This document shows positions 50,110 to 59,868 of a stretch of DNA of 64,000 nucleotides, in pieces (the stretch's first letter is position 1; each line of letters starts with the position of its first letter). Source of the stretch: an uncultured Gemmatimonadaceae bacterium (GTDB lineage: Bacteria; Gemmatimonadota; Gemmatimonadetes; Gemmatimonadales; Gemmatimonadaceae); assembly GCA_963740355.1 (NCBI GenBank), contig CAVUDW010000002.1, forward strand, positions 2,016,001 through 2,080,000, written 5' to 3'. A model generated the notes under the pieces. That model searched no databases, had not been told where the DNA came from, and saw nothing but the letters and a program-made list of their open reading frames with translations. The translations under genes were made by a program, and so were the position numbers.

Positions 50110-50127
50110 TCGAGTTCATGAACTCGA
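50110..50127. promoter_or_regulatory. Perfect 18-bp palindrome TCGAGTTCATGAACTCGA, candidate activator site
   Basis: Seen directly; surrounded by further GTTCA/TGAAC half-sites; about 155 bp upstream of a sigma-54-like promoter; the core recurs at 52673. Confidence 0.5.
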
Positions 50128-50279
50128 TGGCGTTCACGGTCGGTTCATAAAGCGTGACTATATCACCATGCGGGCTTGCAGTTTCGCGTGGCAGGTTTGG
50201 TGGATGGTGCGCGTGTCGATGTGACCGCACACGTCTCCGTCCGTCCAGTAGGGAGACGTTAGGAATTGCTGATATTTCA

Positions 50280-50295
50280 TGGCCCGCAGTTTGCG
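50280..50295 (+). promoter_or_regulatory. Candidate sigma-54 promoter
   Basis: TGGCCCGCAGTTTGCG = TGGC..TTGC with GG-N10-GC spacing, upstream of the 50374 operon. Confidence 0.55.
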
Positions 50296-50373
50296 TAGCG
50301 CTGTGCGCGTATCGATCAGGCCGTGTATTGGATCGCTGCTCGAAGGAATACTTCACCACCTCGGGAGTTGTAC

Positions 50374-51051
50374 ATGATTGCAGGAGTGCTGGCGCTGATG
50401 CTGGTGACTGCGGATACGACGACGCGATATACGCCCGTCGATCTGGACACACTGTCGAGTGTCGTCGTCGCGGTCGAGAGCCTGCCGGCCGTTGCGCCGA
50501 TCGTGCTGGACGCCCCGCTGGTGCAGCACGCGCTGCCCGCCTACGACGCCACCCTGTACCAGCCCCGGCTCACCTGGGCGCAGCCTGACACCACGGTCAA
50601 GAAGAAGAAGCGGGTCCTGGTCGAGTACTCGGACTGGTATGGTCGCCGCCTCGCGATCCACCGCACGCTGACCTGGGCGATGATCCCGCTCTTCGCCGTG
50701 TCGTATTACACCGGCGAGCGCCTTGCCCGCGACGGTCGTGTCAACTCCCCGTATGCCGTCCGCGCACTGCATCCGTACGCGGCGACGGGTGCGGCGGCCG
50801 TCTTCGGCGTCAACACCGTCACCGGGGTCTGGAACCTCTGGGCGGGTCGGCACGATCCCGAGGGCCGGAAGCGGCGCTTCCTCCACTCGATCCTCTTCAT
50901 GGTGGCCGATGCAGGATTCGCCTACGCCGGCTCGATCGGTGAGCAGGCGCGCGACAACAGCGAGATCCGCGACAAGCACCGCACCATCGCCCTGTCGTCG
51001 ATGGGCGTCAGCTACGTCAGCATGATGATCATGCTCCTGGGGGGCAAGTAA
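50374..51051 (+). CDS. Hypothetical membrane protein with four His-bearing helices (cytochrome b561-like?)
   Basis: N-terminal signal, then four hydrophobic segments each preceded by His (AIHR, ALHP, FLHS, DKHR). Heme binding is inference. Confidence 0.7.
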   Translation: MIAGVLALMLVTADTTTRYTPVDLDTLSSVVVAVESLPAVAPIVLDAPLVQHALPAYDATLYQPRLTWAQPDTTVKKKKRVLVEYSDWYGRRLAIHRTLTWAMIPLFAVSYYTGERLARDGRVNSPYAVRALHPYAATGAAAVFGVNTVTGVWNLWAGRHDPEGRKRRFLHSILFMVADAGFAYAGSIGEQARDNSEIRDKHRTIALSSMGVSYVSMMIMLLGGK

Positions 51052-51548
51052 TGCCGGTTCTTGAGACACTGGTCACCCTGCTCGAGCCCTGGAACACGAT
51101 GTACGGCGACTCGACCGCCCTCTCGGTGACCCTCACGTTCGCGCATCTGGGGTCGATGATGGTAGGCGGTGGACTTGCCCTGGCCGCGGATCGCACGGTC
51201 CTCAAGGCGGGTACTCCCGCAACAGCCGAGGCGCGCCTCGCGCTCGCCGACGCCGTCGGTGACGTGCACCGCCCGGTCGTGATCGCCCTCGCCGTCTCGG
51301 CCATCAGCGGCTCCCTGCAGCTGGCGGCCGATCTCGAGGCGCTGGCCGTGAACAAGGTGATGTGGGTGAAGTTCGGGCTGCTGCTGATTCTGGCCATCAA
51401 CGGCGCCCTGATGTTACGGGATGAGAAGGCTGTTCGTCGTGAGGCAGGCGGAGCGAAGGCGTTCGGCGCCCTCCGGGTGCGTGCCATCACGAGTGTGGTA
51501 CTCTGGCTGGCAATTACGCTGGCCGGAGTCGGACTCATGCAAGGATGA
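51051..51548 (+). CDS. Hypothetical 4-TM membrane protein (DUF6644-like)
   Basis: FAHLGSMMVGGG, ISGSLQL, MWVKFGLLLILAING, SVVLWLAI; TAATG coupling to the previous gene. Confidence 0.72.
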   Translation: MPVLETLVTLLEPWNTMYGDSTALSVTLTFAHLGSMMVGGGLALAADRTVLKAGTPATAEARLALADAVGDVHRPVVIALAVSAISGSLQLAADLEALAVNKVMWVKFGLLLILAINGALMLRDEKAVRREAGGAKAFGALRVRAITSVVLWLAITLAGVGLMQG

Positions 51549-51559
51549 GGAGCACGAAG

Positions 51560-52081
51560 ATGAGCGCATCAGAACGCGACGCCGCGGACGACTGCAACAG
51601 CTGCACCCTGCACGATCGCCGTTCATTCCTGACCAAGACCCTCGCCGCGATCGCCGCCGCCAGCGTCCTGCTGCCAGGTGTCGTGAAGGCTGAGGAAATG
51701 GCAGGGTACGTGCTCTATCGTGCGGCGCGCCGGACCGATGGCACCGCCAAGTATCCGATCCCGGCCGCCGATGGCGCCACGATCGATGCCGAAAACGAAG
51801 TGATCATCGTGCGCACGGGCGGCAAGTGCATGGCATTTGCCCTCAGCTGCCCGCATCAGCGCGCGATGCTGAAGGTGAAGGGTGGCGACACCGCATTCCT
51901 CTGCCCGAAGCACAAGTCCGAGTACAAGATCGACGGCGAATACATTCGCGGCCGCGCCACGCGCAACATGGACCGTCGCGCGATCACGAAGGAAGGCGCC
52001 GAGCTGGTCGTCGATCTCGACTCGGTGATCAAGAGCGATGATGAAGCCGCAGCCTGGGCCGCGGCAGTCGTCAACGCCTGA
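51560..52081 (+). CDS. Tat-exported Rieske [2Fe-2S] protein 1
   Basis: CNSC..DRRSFL leader; CPH..CPKH ligands; GAGGAG RBS. Alternative start 51545. Confidence 0.88.
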   Translation: MSASERDAADDCNSCTLHDRRSFLTKTLAAIAAASVLLPGVVKAEEMAGYVLYRAARRTDGTAKYPIPAADGATIDAENEVIIVRTGGKCMAFALSCPHQRAMLKVKGGDTAFLCPKHKSEYKIDGEYIRGRATRNMDRRAITKEGAELVVDLDSVIKSDDEAAAWAAAVVNA

Positions 52082-52094
52082 CGCTGGCTGTACG

Positions 52095-52130
52095 ACGTCA
52101 CCGGCGCAGGGGCCGGTGACGTTCTTTCTC
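52095..52130 (+). terminator. Intrinsic terminator
   Basis: ACGTCACCGGC / GCCGGTGACGT followed by TCTTTCTC. Confidence 0.65.
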
Positions 52131-52144
52131 TTAGCAGGTGATGC

Positions 52145-52615
52145 ATGACACCAGACACGACGAAGTGTTCGGGATGCGCAGTACGAGAGAACGCCGTCTC
52201 GCGGCGTGATTTCGTATCGATGGCGACCATGAGCGCGGTCGCGCTCACGCTTGCCGCCTGTGGCGGTGGCGCTGAAGACGGTGCCACTGGTCCCGGACCC
52301 GGCGGTACGGGTGAAATCGTCGTCAAGGTGGGCGACTATCCCGCTCTTGCCGCGGTCGGCGGTGTCGCGAAGGTGAAGAGTTCTCCACCGGTCGCGCTGT
52401 CACGTACCGCGTCTAGCTACGTCGCGTTCTCGTTGTCCTGCACGCACCAAGGCACGACCACAGTCCTGAATAACGACGGTACGATTTTCTGCCCGAATCA
52501 TGGTGCGGAGTTCTCCTCGACTGGTGTCTGGACCGGCGGTGAACCGACACGCAATCTGGTGAGATTGCCGGTCACCGTCGATTCGTCAGGAAACGCTACT
52601 ATCACGCTCGGCTGA
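52145..52615 (+). CDS. Tat lipoprotein Rieske [2Fe-2S] protein 2
   Basis: CSGC..SRRDFV, lipobox LAAC, CTHQG..CPNHG. Confidence 0.9.
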   Translation: MTPDTTKCSGCAVRENAVSRRDFVSMATMSAVALTLAACGGGAEDGATGPGPGGTGEIVVKVGDYPALAAVGGVAKVKSSPPVALSRTASSYVAFSLSCTHQGTTTVLNNDGTIFCPNHGAEFSSTGVWTGGEPTRNLVRLPVTVDSSGNATITLG

Positions 52616-52629
52616 TCATGCCGCAGACC

Positions 52630-52668
52630 AAGGCGCCCCGCGACACGTACTGTCGCGGGGCGCCTTTC
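52630..52668 (+). terminator. Intrinsic terminator
   Basis: 16-bp perfect stem AAGGCGCCCCGCGACA / TGTCGCGGGGCGCCTT. Confidence 0.75.
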
Positions 52669-52672
52669 GCGT

Positions 52673-52708
52673 GTTCATGAACTCTGCCGCAATGGCATGC
52701 TCGTTGCA
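52673..52708 (+). promoter_or_regulatory. GTTCATGAAC palindrome plus candidate sigma-54 promoter
   Basis: GTTCATGAAC at 52673-52682; TGGCATGCTCGTTGCA at 52693-52708 with GG-N10-GC spacing, close to consensus. Confidence 0.6.
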
Positions 52709-52890
52709 CTGGTATATCAACGCAGTTGGCCTCCCATTGGGCTGACTTCGCCGAAGAAAAGTAACTTGGCAGTTCTACCGATTGACCGTTCGATAGCACG
52801 AAAATTCGCGGGCGACGGCGATGATGCCGGCGTACAAGCTGGTGGTTCAGGTCCTCGCGTTTTGCCCCCTTCATTCCATGAGGAGTCCAA

Positions 52891-53782
<892 letters not shown>

Positions 53783-53809
53783 TGGCGGTGTAGGGGATTG
53801 AGAAGTGCC

Positions 53810-53844
53810 GACGGCCGCGTCTCTCACCGACGCGGCCGTCTTTT
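53810..53844 (+). terminator. Intrinsic terminator
   Basis: GACGGCCGCGTC / GACGCGGCCGTC followed by TTTT. Confidence 0.8.
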
Positions 53845-54002
53845 CGTATGGGGGATGGGGCCAGCATCGGTGTCTTCTGCAGTAGCACAAGCCCTGTCGC
53901 TTCCTGGCCGGTGTAGGCTTCGATGAGAAGGTCGCGATGCCGCGACCTGTGAGGCCACCGCTCGCATGGCCAGTTTCTCGTGTATTAACGGTGGTGGAAT
54001 TC

Positions 54003-54584
54003 ATGACCTCAGATCACAGTGCACCGCACGAGCCCGACTGCGGCACCTGTCCGCTGGTGAAGCCTGATCCGGCAGCGAGTCACCTGGCTGAGGTATCGCG
54101 CCGGGACTTCGTGTCGGTCGCCTTGTTGTCGGCTATCGCCGCCACGCTCAGTGCCTGCGGTGGCGGTGATCTGTCCGCCGCTGACAAGCTGCTGGCGCCA
54201 GGCAACCCGGACACAACCAGCACACCCACCACGCCAACGACGCCCACGACCACCGGGAATCCAACGGTCGGTGCGAACCAGATCGGCGTCACGATCGCGA
54301 GCTACGCGGCGCTCGCCAACGTCGGGGGGATTGCACGCGTCAACAACTCGCCGCCGATCGCACTCGCGCGCACGGCCACGGGTTTCGTCGCCTATTCGTT
54401 GCGCTGCCCCCATGAAGGCACGACGGTGAGCGTGATCTCGGGGAGTTCGCTGCGATGCCCGAATCATGGTGCACTCTTCGCGTCCAGCGGCGGATGGAGC
54501 GGTGGCTATCGCACGTCGAGTCTCAGTGCGAGAGGTGTGACGTCGAATGCCGACAAGACGTTCGTGGTCGTGAGCCTGACCTGA
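54003..54584 (+). CDS. Tat lipoprotein Rieske [2Fe-2S] protein 4
   Basis: CGTC..SRRDFV, lipobox LSAC, short PTT linker, CPHEG..CPNHG. Confidence 0.9.
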   Translation: MTSDHSAPHEPDCGTCPLVKPDPAASHLAEVSRRDFVSVALLSAIAATLSACGGGDLSAADKLLAPGNPDTTSTPTTPTTPTTTGNPTVGANQIGVTIASYAALANVGGIARVNNSPPIALARTATGFVAYSLRCPHEGTTVSVISGSSLRCPNHGALFASSGGWSGGYRTSSLSARGVTSNADKTFVVVSLT

Positions 54585-54609
54585 GCGGCCTGGCTCTCAC
54601 CAGGTCGGC

Positions 54610-55377
54610 TCAGTCGACGGTTCGCCCTGATGTGCGCAAGCGCCGCTGCAGTCGCTCCCGCAGGCCGTCGTGCGTACATGCCGCGGCGCAGAGTCGTTCG
54701 ACATCCTCTCGTCGAACGGTTCGCTGCTCGAGGAGGTGAAACACCTTATCGAGCGTCCACACGTCCTGCATCCGATCGACCAGGGTCGCGCTGTCGCCAG
54801 CTGCAACCTCGCCCGGCTGTTCCACCGCGTTGTACCACCCCGCGGCAGCTGACTCCTTGACTTCGTCGAGCAACGTTGGCCGCATCCACCGGCGCGTCAG
54901 CGTCGCACATGGGCCGCGTGGCTCGGTGATCCGCAGCCTGCACCCGCCGATCTGCCACAGGTCGCCGAGGCACACACGCTGCTCCGTCAGCCCACTGATG
55001 GCGAGATTTTCACCGAACGCGCCCAGACCGTACACACTGGCGTCGACCTGCGCGGACATCGTCCGAAGCGCCGCCGCATGTTCGATGGCGTGAGGTTGCA
55101 GCCGCTGATTCCAGATCGCCGAATAGTGTCCGGCTCCATAAATCAGGACCGCCTTCGTCGGACCGCCGTGATGCTTCTTTTCCTTCTGCGCATCTCCTGT
55201 GAGACCGAGCGGTCCAACGAAAATCGCGTCACGGATTGGTGCCTTGAGAATGGCGGAGCGCCAGGCTGTGTCGTTGCCGCCGGGCGCGCGCGCCGATCGA
55301 AGGGCACGGATCGGGCCGGCGAAGACACCGAGTACGGTGCCACCTGTGGCCAGGCCTGATTCGTCGTCGGTCGTCAT
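54610..55377 (-). CDS. MOSC domain protein (YiiM-like)
   Basis: SAILK, GDAQ..HHGGPTKAV, GAFGENL, EPRGPC, GWY. Confidence 0.88.
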   Translation of the reverse strand: MTTDDESGLATGGTVLGVFAGPIRALRSARAPGGNDTAWRSAILKAPIRDAIFVGPLGLTGDAQKEKKHHGGPTKAVLIYGAGHYSAIWNQRLQPHAIEHAAALRTMSAQVDASVYGLGAFGENLAISGLTEQRVCLGDLWQIGGCRLRITEPRGPCATLTRRWMRPTLLDEVKESAAAGWYNAVEQPGEVAAGDSATLVDRMQDVWTLDKVFHLLEQRTVRREDVERLCAAACTHDGLRERLQRRLRTSGRTVD

Positions 55378-55445
55378 GTCGATGAAACGTAGTGGGGCAC
55401 CGATGGCTTGCGGGAACGCAGCACTGCGGTGATCGTCCGGTCGCC

Positions 55446-56399
55446 ATGACATCTCCACTGAGCAAGTTCGCCGCGACGCACGTTCTGATGGTCGAGCCGG
55501 TCCGCTTTCGATACAACGAAGAGACGGGCGAATCCAACACGTTTCAGTCGGTGCCCGCATCCGGTGAAGCACAGGCCATCGCCGCCGAGGCGGTGCAGGA
55601 ACATCGGGCGCTCCGGGACTTGCTCGTCAGCCACGGCGTGCATGTCACGGTCGTTCGCTGCGATGAGCGTACGCCGGATGCGCCGTTCTGCAACAACTGG
55701 TTCTCGACCCACCCTGCAGCGGCGATCAGCGAGGCCGGCGGCACTCGGCACGCACCCGCAACGCTTGTCCTCTACCCGTTGCTGGCGCCGAATCGTCGGC
55801 TCGAGCGTCGGACGGACCTGATCCGGATGTTGCGCACCAAGTACCCGCGCATCGTGGATCTGTCCGGCTACGAGCGCGAGGCACGATTTCTCGAGAGCAC
55901 GGGTTCACTCTGCCTCGACGATGCGAATCGCGTCGCGTATGCAGCGCTGTCACCACGCACCGATCGCAACCTGGTCGAACATTTCGGGCGCGAGCTCGGG
56001 TACCGCATCGAGGCGTTCACTGCGACCGATGCCGCCGGTGTGCCGTACTATCACACCAATGTGATGATGTTCATCGGCCATGGACTGGCCGGCATCACGC
56101 TGGAAGCGATCGACTCACCCGATGAACGCCGACGCATCGAGCGTTCGCTGGTGGCGGGTGGCCTTGAAATTCTCGACCTCACTCGCGCGCAGGCGGCCCA
56201 GTTCTGCGGCAACGTGCTGTCGCTGACCAACGACACGGGCGAGGCACTGTTCATCATGTCTGCCGCCGCCCACCGCGCCTTCACCTCCGAGCAGCTCGCG
56301 CGCCTCGCCGCCCACGGCCGAGTGCTCTCCAGCGAACTCTCCGCATTCGAGCGCGTCGGCGGCGGGTCGGCGCGTTGCTTGATCGCTGAGCTCTTTTGA
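55446..56399 (+). CDS. Amidinotransferase-fold protein (CtlX-like citrulline utilization hydrolase)
   Basis: VLMVEPVRF..N.F, TPDAPFCNNWFS, FLESTGS, YHTNVMM, GGGSARCLIAELF. Confidence 0.88.
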   Translation: MTSPLSKFAATHVLMVEPVRFRYNEETGESNTFQSVPASGEAQAIAAEAVQEHRALRDLLVSHGVHVTVVRCDERTPDAPFCNNWFSTHPAAAISEAGGTRHAPATLVLYPLLAPNRRLERRTDLIRMLRTKYPRIVDLSGYEREARFLESTGSLCLDDANRVAYAALSPRTDRNLVEHFGRELGYRIEAFTATDAAGVPYYHTNVMMFIGHGLAGITLEAIDSPDERRRIERSLVAGGLEILDLTRAQAAQFCGNVLSLTNDTGEALFIMSAAAHRAFTSEQLARLAAHGRVLSSELSAFERVGGGSARCLIAELF

Positions 56400-56463
56400 T
56401 TCGATCGTGAAGGATTGGCGCGCAAATCGAGATTCCGTGTTGTGCACCGCTCCTAAAAAATCT

Positions 56464-56755
56464 GTGGAGGGGAGCGCACGGAGCTCACGGAGTGCTCCAG
56501 TAGCCGGCGAATTCTGATTCGCGACCAACTGAGAAGGGTTTGTTGGATGCAGAATTTCTACCGGTAATCCCTTGCTTCGTTTACAGTCGTTCTTGGCGCT
56601 GCACGGCTGGTTGCACCCGGCGCACTCCGTGAGCTCCGTGGCCTCCCCCTCACAAGTTGTTAACGTGGCGCGACGCCGATGCCGGCCACTGGCGCATTGC
56701 GTCAGCTCCGGCTCTCTCCCTCACCAGCTATTAACGGGGCGCGACGCCGATGCCG
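56464..56755. repeat. Gene-less inverted-repeat element with tandemly duplicated right arm
   Basis: CACGGAGCTCACGGAGTGC (56477-56495) has its perfect reverse complement at 56622-56640; the right arm plus flank is duplicated with 71-72 bp period (56622-56684 vs 56694-56755). Confidence 0.85.
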
Positions 56756-56948
56756 ACGCTTGGCGGCGAACCGTGCCTGCAGTCGAGGCCGGCAGGCTCC
56801 CCAAACTGCAGAGTCGCTGGTCCCGGGCCGACCATCAGAGTGGTGACGAGGTGGGTGGTGCCGCGATTGCGCCAGTGCTGGCGCTTCCCTGTGACACGCG
56901 CGCACCTTCTCCGCACTTCGCCCGACCTAATTCCTCAAGACACTGCCC

Positions 56949-58361
56949 ATGTCTGAACAAAGCTTCCTCGGCCAGGTGCATCGAGCCTTCGATGCGGCCG
57001 CGACTTTCACCAACCATCCGCAGGCGCTGCTCAACCAGATCAAGGAGTGCAACGCCGTCTATCGCGTCACTTTTCCGATCCTTCGCGACGATGGCACGAT
57101 CAAGACGATCGTCGGCTGGCGCGCTGAGCACAGTCATCACAAGCTGCCCACCAAGGGTGGCATTCGCTATGCCATCAATGTGAACGAAGACGAGGTGATG
57201 GCCCTCGCCTCGCTGATGACGTACAAGTGCGCCGTGGTCGATGTGCCATTCGGTGGCGCGAAGGGCGGCATCAAGATCAACCGCAAGGAGTTCAGTGAAC
57301 ACGAGTTGGAGCGCATCACGCGGCGATACACCTTCGAGCTGTGGAAGAAAAATTTCATCGGCCCCGGTGTCGACGTGCCGGCGCCGGACTACGGCACCAG
57401 CAGCAAGGAGATGGCGTGGATTGCCGACACCTATGCGCAACTCGCCGTCGGTGACCTGAACGCACTGGGGTGCGTCACCGCCAAGCCGATCGCACAGGGT
57501 GGCATTCGCGGTCGCACGGAAGCCACCGGCCGCGGTGTCTACTTCGGTGTGCGTGAAGCGTGCGACAATGCGGCAGACATGGCAGCCATCGGCTTGACGC
57601 CGGGCCTCGAGGGAAAGCGCTTCATCGTGCAGGGTCTTGGCAACGTGGGGTATCACGCCGCGAAGTTCCTGCAGGAGGGCGGCGGCGTGCTGGTCGCCGT
57701 CGCAGAGGCCGATGGCGCGCTCTACAACGAAAAGGGACTCGACCTGCAGGCGATCATGGCGCACCGCAAGGAAAGCGGCGGGCTGAAGGGCTTCGCGGGC
57801 GCGACCTACATGGCGGAATCGAAGGCTGCGCTCGAACTTCCATGCGACATTCTCGTCCCGGCTGCACTCGAGGGTGTGATCACCGCCGAGAATGCCTCGC
57901 GGATTCAGGCCAAGATCGTGGCAGAGGGGGCGAACGGTCCCACCACCTTCGAGGCCGATGGCATTCTCCATCAGCGTGGTGTGATGGTGCTGGCGGACAT
58001 GTTCCTCAACGCCGGCGGCGTGACGGTGAGCTACTTCGAGTGGCTCAAGAACCTGTCACACGTGCGTTTCGGCCGCATGGAAAAGCGGTTCGAGGAAACG
58101 GCGTTCAAAAATGTCCTGCGCGCCGTCGAGGACCTGACGGGAAAGACACTCGGCGAGGAGCGCATGGCGCGACTGTCGCACGGTGCCGACGAAGAAGACC
58201 TCGTCAACTCAGGACTCGAGGACACGATGATCTCTGCCTGGCACCAGGTGCGTGAGACCTGGCTTCGACACGACCGGAAGACGGATATCCGCACTGCCGC
58301 CTTCATCAGCGCCATCAACAAGGTGGCCGTCAGCTATCAGGACCTCGGCATCTTCCCCTGA
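56949..58361 (+). CDS. gdhA: Glu/Leu/Phe/Val dehydrogenase, glutamate dehydrogenase
   Basis: KGGIRY, MTYKCA, GGAKGG, DVPAPD, GRTEATGRG, QGLGNVG, EGANGP, NAGGVTVSYFEW. Confidence 0.93.
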   Translation: MSEQSFLGQVHRAFDAAATFTNHPQALLNQIKECNAVYRVTFPILRDDGTIKTIVGWRAEHSHHKLPTKGGIRYAINVNEDEVMALASLMTYKCAVVDVPFGGAKGGIKINRKEFSEHELERITRRYTFELWKKNFIGPGVDVPAPDYGTSSKEMAWIADTYAQLAVGDLNALGCVTAKPIAQGGIRGRTEATGRGVYFGVREACDNAADMAAIGLTPGLEGKRFIVQGLGNVGYHAAKFLQEGGGVLVAVAEADGALYNEKGLDLQAIMAHRKESGGLKGFAGATYMAESKAALELPCDILVPAALEGVITAENASRIQAKIVAEGANGPTTFEADGILHQRGVMVLADMFLNAGGVTVSYFEWLKNLSHVRFGRMEKRFEETAFKNVLRAVEDLTGKTLGEERMARLSHGADEEDLVNSGLEDTMISAWHQVRETWLRHDRKTDIRTAAFISAINKVAVSYQDLGIFP

Positions 58362-58391
58362 TTGCCGCCGGGCCGACCATGCTGGAAGCAG

Positions 58392-58429
58392 AACGGCGCC
58401 GCCAGGAGAATCCTGGCGGCGCCGTTTCT
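58392..58429. terminator. Bidirectional terminator between convergent genes
   Basis: 16-bp perfect stem AACGGCGCCGCCAGGA / TCCTGGCGGCGCCGTT. Confidence 0.8.
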
Positions 58430-58445
58430 GCGTGATGGTGAAACG

Positions 58446-58916
58446 CTACTTGAACAGCTCCACACCGTTTGCAACGAACTGCACTTCCGTGGCGGTACCG
58501 TCCGCATTTCGCGCCAGCTGTGCGCCCTCGCCGATCAGATGATCCGCAGCGGCCTTGGAGTGCGTGGTGACCTTGGTCACACCTTCCATGCGCGCGCGAC
58601 GACCGACCATCGACTGAGGAATGAAGAAGCCATAGTCCTTGAATGTGACCCGCATGCCCTTCGCGTCAGCGCTTGGTGCCACCTGCATCCAGCAGCCTTT
58701 CTCGGTGCACTCATTCGTGATCACGCCTTCCACGACTACGGCCGTTGCCGTGTACGTGCGGGCCGAGGCCACCAGCTGCGTGACGGCAATGGCACGACCG
58801 GCCGAAACCGGAGCGCCGCGCTTCACTACGGCGGAATCGGTGACGGATTGGGCGGCGAGCGGAAGGGAAGCGATGCAGGCGGCAACCGCCGCGGTGGCAA
58901 GTCGTGTCAGGCGCAT
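58446..58916 (-). CDS. DUF4920 domain exported protein
   Basis: Signal peptide; CTEKGCWM, RVTFKDYGFFIP, A.GV end. Confidence 0.85.
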   Translation of the reverse strand: MRLTRLATAAVAACIASLPLAAQSVTDSAVVKRGAPVSAGRAIAVTQLVASARTYTATAVVVEGVITNECTEKGCWMQVAPSADAKGMRVTFKDYGFFIPQSMVGRRARMEGVTKVTTHSKAAADHLIGEGAQLARNADGTATEVQFVANGVELFK

Positions 58917-59045
58917 GTGTGCAGTGGTTGAGGTCGGTAGGCCGGTGCTCAGGCAACAGGGAAAAGGTAGCATCCGGCCGTGGATCGCACATGGCGTGGG
59001 CACGTGCCCTGTCGACCTGACCTGCCACGGCGATAATATCAGGGC

Positions 59046-59459
59046 GTGAAGCGCCCCCCTTTCTTCTATCGCGAGTCGCACGGCATTCGTGTCAGTGTGC
59101 GACCGGTCTTCCTGCCTGCACAATCGCAGCCGGCGCACTCGCAATTTGTGTTCGCGTATTTCGTGCGCCTCGAAAACGTCGGTGAGCAGGCGGCGCAGCT
59201 TCTCTCGCGCAAGTGGTTGATCCACGACTCGGTCGGCGATGGCGAGGATACCGAAGTCGAGGGTGAGGGTGTCGTCGGTGAGCTTCCCGTGATCGCGCCG
59301 GGACACATTCACGAGTACCAGAGCTTCTGTGTCCTGAAGTCGCCGAGTGGCTACATGGAAGGGCAGTACTTCTTCCGGCGTGCCGACAAGTCGCGGTTCG
59401 CGTCGGATATTCCGCGCTTCGTCCTCGACGCAGAAAACGCGCTCGGTCCGACGTCGTAG
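59046..59459 (+). CDS. apaG: ApaG protein
   Basis: FVFAYFVRLEN, QLLSRKWLI, EVEGEGVVG..P, Y.S.C.L.SP.GYMEG.Y. Confidence 0.93.
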   Translation: MKRPPFFYRESHGIRVSVRPVFLPAQSQPAHSQFVFAYFVRLENVGEQAAQLLSRKWLIHDSVGDGEDTEVEGEGVVGELPVIAPGHIHEYQSFCVLKSPSGYMEGQYFFRRADKSRFASDIPRFVLDAENALGPTS

Positions 59460-59541
59460 CAGCAAGGGCTCGCGTGGCGAGTAGCGTGCGCCACGAACGA
59501 ATGCGCGGAGCGACGCTTCGTTTCGGTCATCCTGAATACAC

Positions 59542-59576
59542 AACGGCCCGTCACCGCTGAGCAGTGACGGGCCGTT
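59542..59576. terminator. Terminator-like hairpin between apaG and a convergent small ORF
   Basis: AACGGCCCGTCAC / GTGACGGGCCGTT 13-bp stem. Confidence 0.65.
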
Positions 59577-59633
59577 CTGCCTTCGACGCCGACTCGACAC
59601 GATCCCGAGCCGACGACCTGGACAACTACTTCG

Positions 59634-59696
59634 TCAGGCGACGGTCTGGTGACCGTTTGCCCAGGTCGAGCCGGCGGAAGGACTGCGACTGGCCAT
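59634..59696 (-). CDS. Candidate 20-aa small protein MASRSPSAGSTWANGHQTVA
   Basis: Extended SD GAGGAGGTGATCC directly before the ATG; hairpin about 60 nt downstream; region otherwise empty. Confidence 0.5.
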   Translation of the reverse strand: MASRSPSAGSTWANGHQTVA

Positions 59697-59868
59697 GGGA
59701 TCACCTCCTCGATAAACGTTGAACAGTGGGCAGATCTGCGCCCTGCACGCGGCGGAGCGCCCATAACAATTAGCGAAGCGACCGACTTCGCGCTATCCCT
59801 TCCCGAGCACTCCGCGGCGGACAAATGCGGAGCTCGTTTCATCCACCTTCGTACCCTCGATTCGTACC

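Noticed and set aside
56835..57971. Long antisense ORF opposite gdhA (likewise 44847..46367, 42646..44103, 11244..12248, 823..1923)
   Set aside because: Shadow ORFs expected from high-GC codon bias; the opposite strand carries clear family motifs.
58917..59600. N-terminal extension of the 384-aa ORF 58446..59600
   Set aside because: It overlaps apaG antisense; the DUF4920 protein begins with a signal peptide at 58916. The same reasoning trims ORFs 2390..3913, 7008..8831, 23725..24906 and 36345..37676.
59698..59710. GGATCACCTCCT as a 16S rRNA 3'-end fragment
   Set aside because: There is no flanking rRNA sequence; it is better explained as a minus-strand Shine-Dalgarno sequence.
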